64,000 bases of DNA from Patescibacteria group bacterium (GTDB lineage Bacteria; Patescibacteriota; Minisyncoccia; UBA6257; 1-14-0-10-40-38). The position numbers and the translations under genes are program-made. The stretch is taken from assembly GCA_038064975.1 (NCBI GenBank), contig JBBTRX010000002.1, positions 128,880 through 192,879 on the forward strand, written 5' to 3'. The notes beneath the pieces were generated by a model. The model did not search any database, was not told the origin of the DNA, and was given only the letters and a program-made list of their open reading frames with translations. Of this stretch, positions 48,703-59,000 are shown piece after piece; the stretch's first letter is position 1, and the number at the start of each line of letters is the position of its first letter.

Positions 48703-50392
48703 AGAACGCTTTGTTTATTTTCTTTTTTTCTGCGGGAACTTTATATGTAGCGTCTTCCATTTCGCTATAGTTCACATATAGATGGTTTTTATCCAAACTT
48801 TCAATCAATATCTGCTTCTGATCTTTTAACTCAAGCTCGCCGAATTTCTTTTCATCGAATTTATTTAGGTCTATTTCGTATCTGAAAAATGCCTCCATTT
48901 GCATTTTTTTATAGATATTCAATAACTCTTTGCTCGTCTTACCTCCTCTAATTGCCTGCTCATATTCTTCATTCCATTTCTTAAGTTCCATATAAACGAA
49001 CGATCCGCCGCCTTTCCAATGAACTGCTTTAGAAATTCCGGCCTGATCGCCCTTAACCACTTCTTTTAGGCGTGCAACACTGCCATTATCACCATAATCC
49101 AGTTGCTCGATGCCAATATATTGCCTACCCATTTTATGGGCTACGGCGGCTGTCGTACCACTACCTAAGTGGTAATCTAAAACAATATCTCCCTCATCGG
49201 TCGCCGATTTTATAATTCTCTCCAATAAATTTTCTGGTTTTTGCCCACTAAAATCCTTGATTCTTTCTTTCGCAGTAGCGGCTTGTTGAAATGAAATTAT
49301 ATCACCCCAAACATCACCTATGGCCTTCCCTCTCTCAATAACTTCGTCCAAATAAATCTTTTCGCCCCTTCCGTCAAAATACATTCTTCCAGTTTTCTCA
49401 TCTTTTTTATTAAATCTCGCGAGATATTTTTCGCTATGTTCAGTTTTTACTTTATTAAACTTAAGTGATTTATTATTTTTTGAATAAAACAATATTGAAT
49501 CATGTCCTCTAATCCAATTATTGGCAATTGTTTTATATCCTGACAAAACTGAAATATCCCAAATTATTTCTCTTTGGAAATTCTCTTTGCCGAAAATATC
49601 GTCCATTAAAACCTTACAATAGTGAACCTCATTGTAATCTAATTGAATATAAATACTTCCATCATCTCTTAATAATTGTCGTGCGACCTCTAACCTATTT
49701 TTCATGAAAGTCAGCCAAGTGGAATGATTGAAGCTATCATTGTAATTAAATCCATCCCCGTTGCCGGTATTGTATGGCGGATCAATGTATATGAGTTTAA
49801 CTTCACCTCTATACTTCTTTTTTAGCGAGTGTAAGGCCAAAAGATTATTACCTTTTATTATTAGATTATCCTGCTCGGTTATCCGTTCAATTTCATGTTC
49901 TCCTGTTTTGTCTATTTTCTTTATATTTGTTAACACTTTTGGTTCAAATAGCCGATCAATTTCGTCTGGCGCAAGAATTTCATTATAAAAAATTTCATTT
50001 CGTTTTGAATCTTCTTTGTCTTGCCCGCCCTCCAAAACACAATCTTTATATGGCCAAGCTAAAACCACTTTGCCGCTGTCCTTCAGATAATCATCATTCT
50101 CAACCAATCCAATATGATTTTTAAAAGCAGTAAAAGAATTCGGTAAAAATTCTTTGTTGTTTATGAATCTTACAAATTTATCCTGATTAAAAACAAAAAC
50201 TGCCTTAGTATTTATTTTGCTCTCTGTAAAAAAATGCTCTTTGGTTAGACCATTATTCAGTAATAATTCTAAGAGTTCTTTATCCTGCTTTATCGCCAAT
50301 TCAGTGATCTTGTTCTTTAAGATTTTTCCTTCAGCAAACAATCGTTCGTCTTTTTTTAAAATTTTAGCTAAATCGTTGAATAAATTTTGCAT
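48692..50392 (-). CDS. Type III R-M amino-methyltransferase Mod subunit
   Basis: LIYIDPPYNTG, QKPE.LLERII, VLDYHLGSGTTAAVAHKMGR. Confidence 0.93.
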   Translation of the reverse strand: MQNLFNDLAKILKKDERLFAEGKILKNKITELAIKQDKELLELLLNNGLTKEHFFTESKINTKAVFVFNQDKFVRFINNKEFLPNSFTAFKNHIGLVENDDYLKDSGKVVLAWPYKDCVLEGGQDKEDSKRNEIFYNEILAPDEIDRLFEPKVLTNIKKIDKTGEHEIERITEQDNLIIKGNNLLALHSLKKKYRGEVKLIYIDPPYNTGNGDGFNYNDSFNHSTWLTFMKNRLEVARQLLRDDGSIYIQLDYNEVHYCKVLMDDIFGKENFQREIIWDISVLSGYKTIANNWIRGHDSILFYSKNNKSLKFNKVKTEHSEKYLARFNKKDEKTGRMYFDGRGEKIYLDEVIERGKAIGDVWGDIISFQQAATAKERIKDFSGQKPENLLERIIKSATDEGDIVLDYHLGSGTTAAVAHKMGRQYIGIEQLDYGDNGSVARLKEVVKGDQAGISKAVHWKGGGSFVYMELKKWNEEYEQAIRGGKTSKELLNIYKKMQMEAFFRYEIDLNKFDEKKFGELELKDQKQILIESLDKNHLYVNYSEMEDATYKVPAEKKKINKAFYGN

Positions 50393-50393
50393 A

Positions 50394-50570
50394 TTATTTG
50401 GTTTGAGTTTTATTTAAAAACTGCTCAAATTCTGCCTGATCAATTCTAAACTCCTTACCAATCTTATGCGCCTTCAGCTTGCCCGATCTTATATTTCGAT
50501 AAATGGTTACTACGTCTAACTTGAGAATTGTGGCTAACTCCTTAGCTGTGTAAAACCTTTCTTGCTTCAT
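50394..50570 (-). CDS. Excisionase-like HTH protein
   Basis: YTAKELA.IL.L...TIYR.IRSGKLKA.KIG.EFRI. Confidence 0.88.
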   Translation of the reverse strand: MKQERFYTAKELATILKLDVVTIYRNIRSGKLKAHKIGKEFRIDQAEFEQFLNKTQTK

Positions 50571-50616
50571 ACTCTTATGATACTGGACTATTGTATACAT
50601 TGCCAGCGCATAGCCT

Positions 50617-51732
50617 CTAATCTATTTCTGGCTTATAGGGCTTAAATCTTTGGAGCGCCTGCTTAATTTCTTTAATATAGCCATGACAGGATTTAAGAGA
50701 GATTCGCCTATTTAACGTCTTTAGCTTCGAACTAATCCTATCCCACTCTCTTGTGCTTGCTCTCTCCTCGATAATCCTTCTTAATCCTTTCGCGCCGCCT
50801 TCGTCCTTACAGAATATCTTTAGAGTGGCGAGCTTCATAGCCTCGCCAATTTTCATTTTTCGGTTTTTTCTCAATATGCTCCTCAATATGCCCTGTGGGC
50901 TCTCGTCTAAAGTGAAGATAAAAAAGTTGGGTTCAATATATGTTTCGAAATAGTTAAGCAATATTTTCCGACATACTTCTTCCTTAAAAATGTCTGCGAA
51001 GGTTGGATTTATACCGAAACCAAGCTGTTTTAAAACGCTGTTCATTTTTGTTTTTTCACATAAGCGAACTTCCACGCGCATTACCTCTGGCTTTTTCTTT
51101 TGTTGTATAAAATCGAGCAAGCTCGCTTGCTGTATTTTTTGATCGCTACTATAGGCCTTCTTCTCGCTCTTTTCTAAATCTTTAATTTTGTCATAGAAGG
51201 TTAAGGCGTGTGATGTAGCATAGAATTGTACTCCGTGGCCGCCATTCTTAAAATCCTTATAATCCATCTCCATTTTCTCGGTAAGATTTATCTTTGTAAA
51301 ATCCCTTATAATCCCCATCGTAGGATAACCGCCAGTTATGCGTATGTTTTTTGCTGGATGAAAAGACATAGCACTCGCATATTTTAAAAACTCTTTTTCT
51401 GTGCGAACCCCCATTTCGGAAAGCGATTTCTTTAAAACATCAAGCTCATCCCCGAAATTCGCTTCACTTACTTCTTGTAAGTTGTTGCCGAGAAGGATTG
51501 TCTGCGCCGAAAATTGAATTTTAAGATGCTCTCCTCTGCCAAGTCGATCTATGAGCGTTAATTGTGGCCGATAGATGAGAGCTTTCTTTTCCGCCGCCGT
51601 GGCATTGTTGGCGTATAACCGATAGATGCTACCTCCGTATAGGTTCGGCTTTGAGCCAATCAAATGAAACCGATCTTTTTTTAAGATAGTGAATTGGCTT
51701 TTCGGGATGTTTAAAATCACGGTGTCTAGCAT
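50617..51732 (-). CDS. Putative phage/plasmid replication initiation protein
   Basis: MLDTVIL start, GNNL, FYDK, MRVEVRL motifs reminiscent of gene II/X (CRI)-type Reps. Confidence 0.6.
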   Translation of the reverse strand: MLDTVILNIPKSQFTILKKDRFHLIGSKPNLYGGSIYRLYANNATAAEKKALIYRPQLTLIDRLGRGEHLKIQFSAQTILLGNNLQEVSEANFGDELDVLKKSLSEMGVRTEKEFLKYASAMSFHPAKNIRITGGYPTMGIIRDFTKINLTEKMEMDYKDFKNGGHGVQFYATSHALTFYDKIKDLEKSEKKAYSSDQKIQQASLLDFIQQKKKPEVMRVEVRLCEKTKMNSVLKQLGFGINPTFADIFKEEVCRKILLNYFETYIEPNFFIFTLDESPQGILRSILRKNRKMKIGEAMKLATLKIFCKDEGGAKGLRRIIEERASTREWDRISSKLKTLNRRISLKSCHGYIKEIKQALQRFKPYKPEID

Positions 51733-51758
51733 TTCATTACTTCTTTAGCTTTTAATTC

Positions 51759-52019
51759 CTAGATGAATATCTCTCGTGCTTTGTCGGTAATAGCCTCTTC
51801 AATGGCCTTACCCAGATCACGGTTTATGGGGTGGTAAATGTTTATGTCTTTATCGCTCACCTTCTTCGTGGGATAGGTTATGCGGTATCCTGTGCCGTCC
51901 AATCGGCTATAAATGCCCATAGAGCCTAGATAAAGGCAGTTATCGAGCACTACGCTCGCAAAGCCAATAAGGCCTTCTTTGGGCTTAATAGGGATGATAT
52001 TAATCTCGGTTATTTTCAT
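51759..52019 (-). CDS. SpoVG-like nucleic-acid-binding protein
   Basis: MKITEINI, GFASVVLDN, I.YP.KK, IYHPIN...K.IEEAI. Confidence 0.8.
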   Translation of the reverse strand: MKITEINIIPIKPKEGLIGFASVVLDNCLYLGSMGIYSRLDGTGYRITYPTKKVSDKDINIYHPINRDLGKAIEEAITDKAREIFI

Positions 52020-52179
52020 AGAGGTGAGGGTTTTGTTTTTTATCCATCTCTAAAAGCCAGCCAAAAGCGCCGAGCAAATCCTGCTTGGCTTCAAAGGCTT
52101 CTTGCTCGGAAAGTTCTCTGCCGGATAGCTTTTCAAGCAATGCCTTTTCGTCTTTTTTGGATGCAAAAAAATCTGGCAT
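52000..52179 (-). CDS. Small hypothetical protein (59 aa)
   Basis: Manual translation MPDFFASKKDEKALLEKLSGRELSEQEAFEAKQDLLGAFGWLLEMDKKQNPHLYENNRD; overlaps the SpoVG-like start. Confidence 0.65.
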   Translation of the reverse strand: MPDFFASKKDEKALLEKLSGRELSEQEAFEAKQDLLGAFGWLLEMDKKQNPHLYENNRD

Positions 52180-52226
52180 TAGAGCCAGTCTATTCTTTAC
52201 TTAATTTAAGTTGCCTTAAAAAAGAC

Positions 52227-53405
52227 TTAAGTCTTCCCTTTATATTTTTGATTAAAAATAACAGAGCGTTTTTTTACCTCCATCACGTCTCTTAGTCCTG
52301 TCTCACGAATTATTTTGCTATTTAATTGATAAGCGGCATTTTCGAATCTTTTTTCATTTGGTTCTTGATTGGGCTCATATTCTTCTGCAATTTCAGAGTA
52401 GAACCACTCTCTAAAGGCATCATCCGGATTTTTAAAAGCTATTTTTAATAGTTCATATTGATTACTATGATTTCTTAACATAACTTTTACTGACCCAACA
52501 AACAGCAGAGATTTGATAGGATCAAACTTTAATTGAGGGATTATCTCTTGCTTTGGAAGAAATAGTTTGCTCACGAGAGAAGAGTAGTCATTCTTTTCGG
52601 CCTCGCTAAGAAAGGTTTCTTTGATTGTTATATTAGCTTTAGCATTTTTTAAATCTTTCGATGACAAACTATTCGGATTCTTATCCGAATCAACAACCCA
52701 AAAATAGTCCAATTTTATAAATCCTTCATACTCCAATGCTAATACAGTATGGATGAATTGATATTCATTGTTGAAATGAAAATCCATAATCTTACCTTTA
52801 TCAATAATAAAATCATCTCCATACTTTTTATATAGGTCCAATAAGCCACTAAGCATGGATTTCTTCATCTCTTTATAAAGAACATAATTTTTAGTTTCTG
52901 ATTTCAACTTATCTTCCATAAAAAGCTTTATATAGCCGTTTAGGTATTTTTCTATTTTCTTTTCAGTTTTCTTGTCTAGGGCAGTCTCAAACTCAATAAA
53001 TTCGAAGATTCTTTCGAAATGCCTTGTTAAAACACGATCGGCAAAATCAATTATAGTAAACCTATCTTCCAGAATATTCTTAAAGAATTTTACACTCCCG
53101 GCTTCAGGATTTTTCTCAATATACTCTTGCAGCTCCTTAAAATTCGCAGGATTATATTTCTCATAAATATCCCTATGAAATTTGCCGTTGAAAGTGAAAT
53201 CAAGTTGCTTAGCGATCCTGCCTAGCCAAACGTAAGTCGTAGCGTAGTCAAAATTTGGTGGAAGGAGATAGTAGGCGTTTGAAACGGCTTTCTTTGCTGC
53301 TTGTTGGCCAAGCAACAAGTTTTTTAGAATATATAGGTATTCTTCACGCCAATAGGGAAGTTTTTTAACATCGCTTACTTCTTTCATTACATCTTTAGGA
53401 AGCAT
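52227..53405 (-). CDS. Hypothetical protein, possible C-terminal winged-helix domain
   Basis: 392-aa ORF; C-term pattern FD.....L......V....QYELL..F...W..SEI.E. Confidence 0.65.
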   Translation of the reverse strand: MLPKDVMKEVSDVKKLPYWREEYLYILKNLLLGQQAAKKAVSNAYYLLPPNFDYATTYVWLGRIAKQLDFTFNGKFHRDIYEKYNPANFKELQEYIEKNPEAGSVKFFKNILEDRFTIIDFADRVLTRHFERIFEFIEFETALDKKTEKKIEKYLNGYIKLFMEDKLKSETKNYVLYKEMKKSMLSGLLDLYKKYGDDFIIDKGKIMDFHFNNEYQFIHTVLALEYEGFIKLDYFWVVDSDKNPNSLSSKDLKNAKANITIKETFLSEAEKNDYSSLVSKLFLPKQEIIPQLKFDPIKSLLFVGSVKVMLRNHSNQYELLKIAFKNPDDAFREWFYSEIAEEYEPNQEPNEKRFENAAYQLNSKIIRETGLRDVMEVKKRSVIFNQKYKGKT

Positions 53406-53417
53406 AAAATATTCGAT

Positions 53418-54857
53418 TTACATCGTTAAGAAATATGGAATAGGTACCTTAACAATATTCAATCTTTCGTGAAGTTCTAACTCATCAGAGCTAATAACCA
53501 CACCAAAATCACAACTCACCATTTCCATTGTTTTCACGACTTGGCTAACATTTTTTGAACCCGAACCTATCTCAACTGCTATTCTTAGTTTGTCTGGAAT
53601 TTGAAAGATAAAATCGGCCGTTTCTGCCGCGCTGTGATGAGTAAGAATGCCTACGCCAGTGGTGAGAAACTCGCGATAGAAATGGAGGCCAACAACATCT
53701 TCTAGAAGTATGCCCCTCTTTGCAGAGAAAGCTCCTTTTATTCCGGCAACGCTAACTAAAGCCATTCGTATTGCCGGACTCATAAAGAGATATTTAGCTG
53801 GTTTTCTAGCTGTAGCTGCGCCTGAGCCATGAGCTGGCACACGAATGATTAACTCGGCCTTCTCTAATGCCTCTAGTACATTTACAAGGGTTACATTAGT
53901 AAATCCTAGAATAGAGCTAACCTTGTTAATGCTGAGTGAATCAGCATCTGCCATTACAAAGAGTAGTCTCTTGATAGAGCTTAGGGTTTTTATATCAAAT
54001 TTCCCTAATCCTGTAAGATCCTTTGTTATCATTCGATCAAGTAATTGAGAAATGGCTTCGTAGGCTTGAGGTTGAGTCATTGTTTTTATGGCGAATGGGA
54101 GAGTTCCAACCGTAAGAAATTTATCTACATCATTACTATCTATTTTTTTCCAGTATTCATTTATTTTTGGTTCAATCTTCTTAAGTTCTTCAAAAACATC
54201 CTTAGCAGTCTTTTTGCTATATAATGCATTTTTAATCTCTTGCTTCAATTGAGGTGTCGGAAATACATTACTTTCGATCATCTTAAATTCTCCAAAGCTT
54301 AATGGATACAATTTTTCTATGACCGCTCGTCTGGCAATATCAGGATTTGTTTGTAGAAGTACGGCGGATGAGCCGGTACAGACAATGAAAATATTTCTAG
54401 CTCTATCATGCAAAGCTTTCAGGTAAAGAGCCCAATTTACATCAAGCTGAATTTCGTCTATTAGAAGACAAACAGGATGTTTAACTTGTTCTAGGGGACT
54501 ACCCAGTATTTTTTCATAAGCTTCCAATACTTCCCGCAATGAAATCCCAATCGTAGACATAACGTCATCAATGGAGATATAAATGATATGATTGGCAATC
54601 AGTTGCTCTCTAAATTTATAGTAGATTTGTGCGAGTATGGTTGTTTTGCCAACGCCACGAAGTCCAGGCATAACGACCCAGCGTTGGTCTCTACCGCCAG
54701 ATAAAAATCCCTTTATTAGTTTTTCTATTCTAAAAAACGCATAACGTTTCGGATAGGAAAAATTAGGCGTTGGCCTTGTGTAAGGGAGTAATCGGTCTGA
54801 GTTTTGTTGGATTTGATTCTTGACGTATGCTATAGCTTTTTCGTCCATATTATTCAC
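53418..54857 (-). CDS. AAA ATPase with wHTH and C-terminal PD-(D/E)xK-like domain (AAA_14/DUF4143-type)
   Basis: GLRGVGKTT, LIDEIQ, TGSS, LYPLSFGEF, GTLP, ADF...AVEIG. Confidence 0.85.
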   Translation of the reverse strand: MNNMDEKAIAYVKNQIQQNSDRLLPYTRPTPNFSYPKRYAFFRIEKLIKGFLSGGRDQRWVVMPGLRGVGKTTILAQIYYKFREQLIANHIIYISIDDVMSTIGISLREVLEAYEKILGSPLEQVKHPVCLLIDEIQLDVNWALYLKALHDRARNIFIVCTGSSAVLLQTNPDIARRAVIEKLYPLSFGEFKMIESNVFPTPQLKQEIKNALYSKKTAKDVFEELKKIEPKINEYWKKIDSNDVDKFLTVGTLPFAIKTMTQPQAYEAISQLLDRMITKDLTGLGKFDIKTLSSIKRLLFVMADADSLSINKVSSILGFTNVTLVNVLEALEKAELIIRVPAHGSGAATARKPAKYLFMSPAIRMALVSVAGIKGAFSAKRGILLEDVVGLHFYREFLTTGVGILTHHSAAETADFIFQIPDKLRIAVEIGSGSKNVSQVVKTMEMVSCDFGVVISSDELELHERLNIVKVPIPYFLTM

Positions 54858-55076
54858 AAGGGTGTTTATTTCACTTTAATATCTCTTGTATATCATACTA
54901 TATAAGTAATTACAAGCACCTGTTTTGCATAGCCTTTATATAACACTTTGATCAGTTTTTCTTATTCGAAACACTTAAAGTTAGACACTTTTTAGCCCTA
55001 TTAAGGTGTGAATAAGATTTATTCTTGGCTTCAATAGTAAGGGAAATAGCACCTCGGGTGACGTAACTTCACTATT

Positions 55077-55088
55077 GAACGAACGTTC
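55077..55088. promoter_or_regulatory. SOS-box-like operator GAAC-N4-GTTC
   Basis: GAACGAACGTTC directly upstream of a lexA-like fragment. Confidence 0.65.
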
Positions 55089-55103
55089 ACTATACATAAG
55101 AGT

Positions 55104-55220
55104 ATGCCCAACGATTACTTAAAAGTGATTGTCGGATTTTATCGGAAATTTAAGCGTATGCCTAGCTATGCGGAATTAAAGAAAATATGTTCCGAGACGA
55201 AACTAAAAGGAAAAGACTAG
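55104..55220 (+). pseudogene. Truncated LexA N-terminal fragment (38 aa)
   Basis: MPNDYLKVIVGFYRKFKRMPSYAELKKIC resembles LexA helix 1-2 (PS..E); no peptidase domain. Confidence 0.6.
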
Positions 55221-55230
55221 GCTTTCCAAT

Positions 55231-55325
55231 GTTTAGTGGAGAGTAGACGTATGTGAGACTTCAAGAAAACTCAAATCCTCGCTTATTTTCTTCCAATCTA
55301 CGGTTCTAAACACATCCAGTAAGGC
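55231..55325. repeat. Internal copy of the island right-end (att arm)
   Basis: ~95-bp direct repeat of 62173-62267, right-hand ~55 bp identical. Confidence 0.9.
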
Positions 55326-55405
55326 CGCCAATCTATTACTGCGCCACTAGGAGTGGTATAAAGTTTGGTAGTGTAATCACCATTCATTACTATATTTTAA
55401 TATCA

Positions 55406-55678
55406 CTATTTCTTTCTAAAATTCCTAAATGCAATTTTTAAAACAAATAAGATGAGTATAACTAAGGCAATCATTGAAACAATACTTTCAGTCATGAGTA
55501 TTTTTGCTGATGATTCAAAAATAGTTTCTATTATTAAATCTATTGTTTTAAGAATAAAACTTATTCCAGCAACGATACCAAGCCACAAATAATCTTTATC
55601 TTGATATTTTTTCCAAGCCCAATAACTAGCAACAATGAGGATTAATGGGACTATATATCTTAATATTTCTATGCTCAT
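55406..55678 (-). CDS. Small 3-TM protein, candidate orphan immunity protein
   Basis: W.K.Q.KD..WLG.V motif shared with 55760..56029. Confidence 0.75.
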   Translation of the reverse strand: MSIEILRYIVPLILIVASYWAWKKYQDKDYLWLGIVAGISFILKTIDLIIETIFESSAKILMTESIVSMIALVILILFVLKIAFRNFRKK

Positions 55679-55759
55679 AAAATTTAATAATTAGTTTGTA
55701 GATCCTGAGATAATATTACCCCACCAATCTATAACTGCCCCGGTTAGTGATGATTCGGT

Positions 55760-56029
55760 TTATTTTTTTAAATATTCCAAAAATATTCTTATTATAAAGA
55801 AAAAAGTTATTAGCAAAAGAATTGAAGATATTAAATATATAGGCAATTCATATCCTGCAGAAAAATTAGAAAAGGTACGTAATATATATTTAGTCACATT
55901 TAGGATGATAAAACCTATACCTACCCAACCAAGCCAAAAAAAATCTTTTCCTTGTTTTTTTGACCATGCGTAAAAACAAATACTCGTTCCTACTAAATAA
56001 AAAATTATATAGAAAATTATTGAATTCAT
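55760..56029 (-). CDS. Small 3-TM protein, candidate cognate immunity protein
   Basis: 12 bp downstream of RHS stop; paralog of 55406..55678. Confidence 0.75.
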   Translation of the reverse strand: MNSIIFYIIFYLVGTSICFYAWSKKQGKDFFWLGWVGIGFIILNVTKYILRTFSNFSAGYELPIYLISSILLLITFFFIIRIFLEYLKK

Positions 56030-56041
56030 AAATATTAAAGA

Positions 56042-59000
56042 TTAATTTTTTGGTCCTGAAATGATGTTGCCCCACCAATCTATCACTGCCCCACTAGGAG
56101 TGGTATAAAGTTTAGTAGTGTAATCGCCGTTCATCATTATATTTTGTTGATTTGTATTATTTTGAGCGTTCCCTTGAGGAGTTTGAGTTCCTTCCTTAAA
56201 ATTTTGTATTCCCTCATTAAATTTCTTATAATCTTCAATCTGTTGAGCTATTGCTGGGCAAGCAACGCTACACACAGCGCCTATAATCTTCCATAAAGGC
56301 CACTTTGGATCAAATTTTGGAGGTTCATTGTTAAAAATTTTTGCCTGTTCAGGACCCCTCACAAGTCGACTCTGTTCAAATGGTCTCTGACTCAATCCAT
56401 CATTGTTTCGAAGTAGTGCCGCAGTACCGACCACAAGCGCACCGACACCCACAACGGCTACGCCTATCAAGAATGCTTGAGGTGCTACAAAGAAGACTGG
56501 CAATGCGAAAGGAATGGCAATTTCACCATCTGGGTCAATTAGATTTATCGGATTATTTTTTACGTAAGAGTATGAATTTAAGCTCTGGGGATCGCTAAGC
56601 ACGCTCTCTAAAGATTGGCCATATCTATCTTCAAAGTTTATATCACCGATCGCAAGATACGATGGATCTTCACTTAAAAACCTTCCCCAATTAGTATTCA
56701 AATACCTCGCTTTCGCATACGTATAGTCTAGAGCATCTGCATCGTATTCGTGTCCAGTATACTTCCTTTTTTCAATCGTTGTACCAACATCATTCTTGAG
56801 TGATCCAAACGCAGTGTACCCCACTTCTTCCGTAATGTTAGCAGAGTCATCGGTTACTAACGATGTTGAACGGAGATGATCGGAGCTATTCCATAGGATA
56901 GTAGGATCTCCTGTCCCTATGACCACCGTAGCTACCGGTATGCCGTTTACAAAGATATGTTCTGTGGTTGTGGCACTTCCTTCTTCGTTAAAGTAGATAG
57001 ATGGGTATGTGGTCGTGGCAAGGTTTGTTACGTGGGAATAAACCCTTTGGCCGCTTGTATCATATCCATACGTTGCATATTTTGTTTGTTGCCCAGGTCC
57101 TCCGAAGGATTGAGAGGAGAATCCTCCAGTTTGTTGAGATGGGAGTTTGATTTTTACTAATCTATTATTCCAATCCCAGGTGTGGGTAAGATTGCCGGTA
57201 CGATTTACGAGATTACCGTTTTTGTCGTAGGTCAAGGTTTCTGCGCCTACCCTCGTAGCCGCATGTGGGTTTGCAAAATTAGCTGTAGTTGTCCCTTGAT
57301 ACCAATACACGCCTTCGGGAGAAGTGAGGATATTACCAACGGGAGTGTAGGTGAAAATTTCAGAAAAGATGTTTGTAGACGAAGCGTTTACGGTTGAGCT
57401 TGCGAGACGATAGAGACTGTCGTATTCATAATCGGTCACACGATTCGGCAATGTTGCCGTGTCAGAAAAGACAGCGATTTTTGTAATATTCCCAACAGCA
57501 TCATAGGTATAGAGAAATTGCTGGAGCGTATTACTTCCATCATCTATGATTTTCCTTTTCAGACGATAGAGTTCATTCTCATCATAGGCATTCTCTATCG
57601 TTGTGCCATTCGCGTTTGTTTGGAACGTCACGTCCCCAGTCGGCGCATAGTCAAAATCAGAAACAATCGTAGTAGTCGCTACCCCACTTTCTTTCCAGTA
57701 CACCGCTTCAGGATGCCCTGCATTGTTGTATTCGTACGTAATCAAGGCATCATTCGGATTCTTGATCGTGAGCGGGTTACCAAGATAGTCGTAGGTATAA
57801 TCCGTAAGATATACATTACCGTCTATTATTTTGGTTTCCTTACCGATATTCCCCGCATAGTCATAGCGGTTGTTCAAAACCATCTTTCCCGCCGTAATAG
57901 TTGTTGTCGTTGCGATACAGAGGCGACCCACACCTTGGGAGCAGGCGTCGTAAGTGTATTCTGCTTCCAAACCCGACGTAAGCGATGCGTTTTCGCTTGT
58001 TATTCTGTTTAATGTGTCATATGCGTACGTTACGGTAGAAAAATCTGGTTTCTTTTTTTCCGTAAGATTACCGGCAAAGTCATACGCGTACGTTGTTGTT
58101 CCAAAATAAATATCGGATAGTTCATGCATATCTTCGGCAAAGGTTCTCCTCCCAAGCATGTCATATTCAAAATTGCGGACATTACCTTCAGCATCGATGA
58201 TTTTTATGAGGTTACCGAGAGTATCGTATTCATAGCGAGTGACATACGGAGAGGTTGTGGCATATTCATCCACACGATTCAGACGCCCAAAAGCATCGCG
58301 ACTAAAAACTTTTTTATTATTGTTTGAATCGGTAGTAGTGGCGTACCAGTTGTCGTATGTTGTTGCCGTATCACCAAACACCTGATCAACGTTCACTACT
58401 CTATCCAATGCATCGTATGTATATGAAGCATACAGCGAAGCAGTTGTTGTCGCAGATGTTTTATTTACGCCAGAACTGAAATACGGCAATGACTCTTTTT
58501 CTACACGACCTTGTTCGTCATATACCGTGTCTTGTACCGCATAGATTGTGCCACCATTATCCTCTGCGCGAGAGCGGGTCTGGATAGCACGCCCGAAGCC
58601 GTCAAAGTATGTTTTTATATCAGTTGAAAGAGCGGGTAAAAGATTGTTCGTTTCTTGAACAGCATATTGATTTGCTGTGTCGGTATAGGTAATAGTCTTT
58701 ATCGTTACGAGTGCACCTGTAAGAGGGTCGGGAGATTTTTGGGTCTTTATGCGATCCAGTGAATCATAGACGGTTTCATATATTTCTCCATTGGGAGTAA
58801 TAGTCTGCGTAGGTTGCCCAGAAGAATAGTCATACAAGCGTTCCGTCTCGTGGCCTAAAGCATTTGTTGTCGTTTCTGGATAAAGATTTAATGAGTCATA
58901 TACGTACGTTGTTTCGTTGTAGTTTGGATCACGATCGGAGAGCATAAGTCCAAAACTGTTATACACATGCGTAGTAGAGGCATAGGTTGTGCCTTCTATC

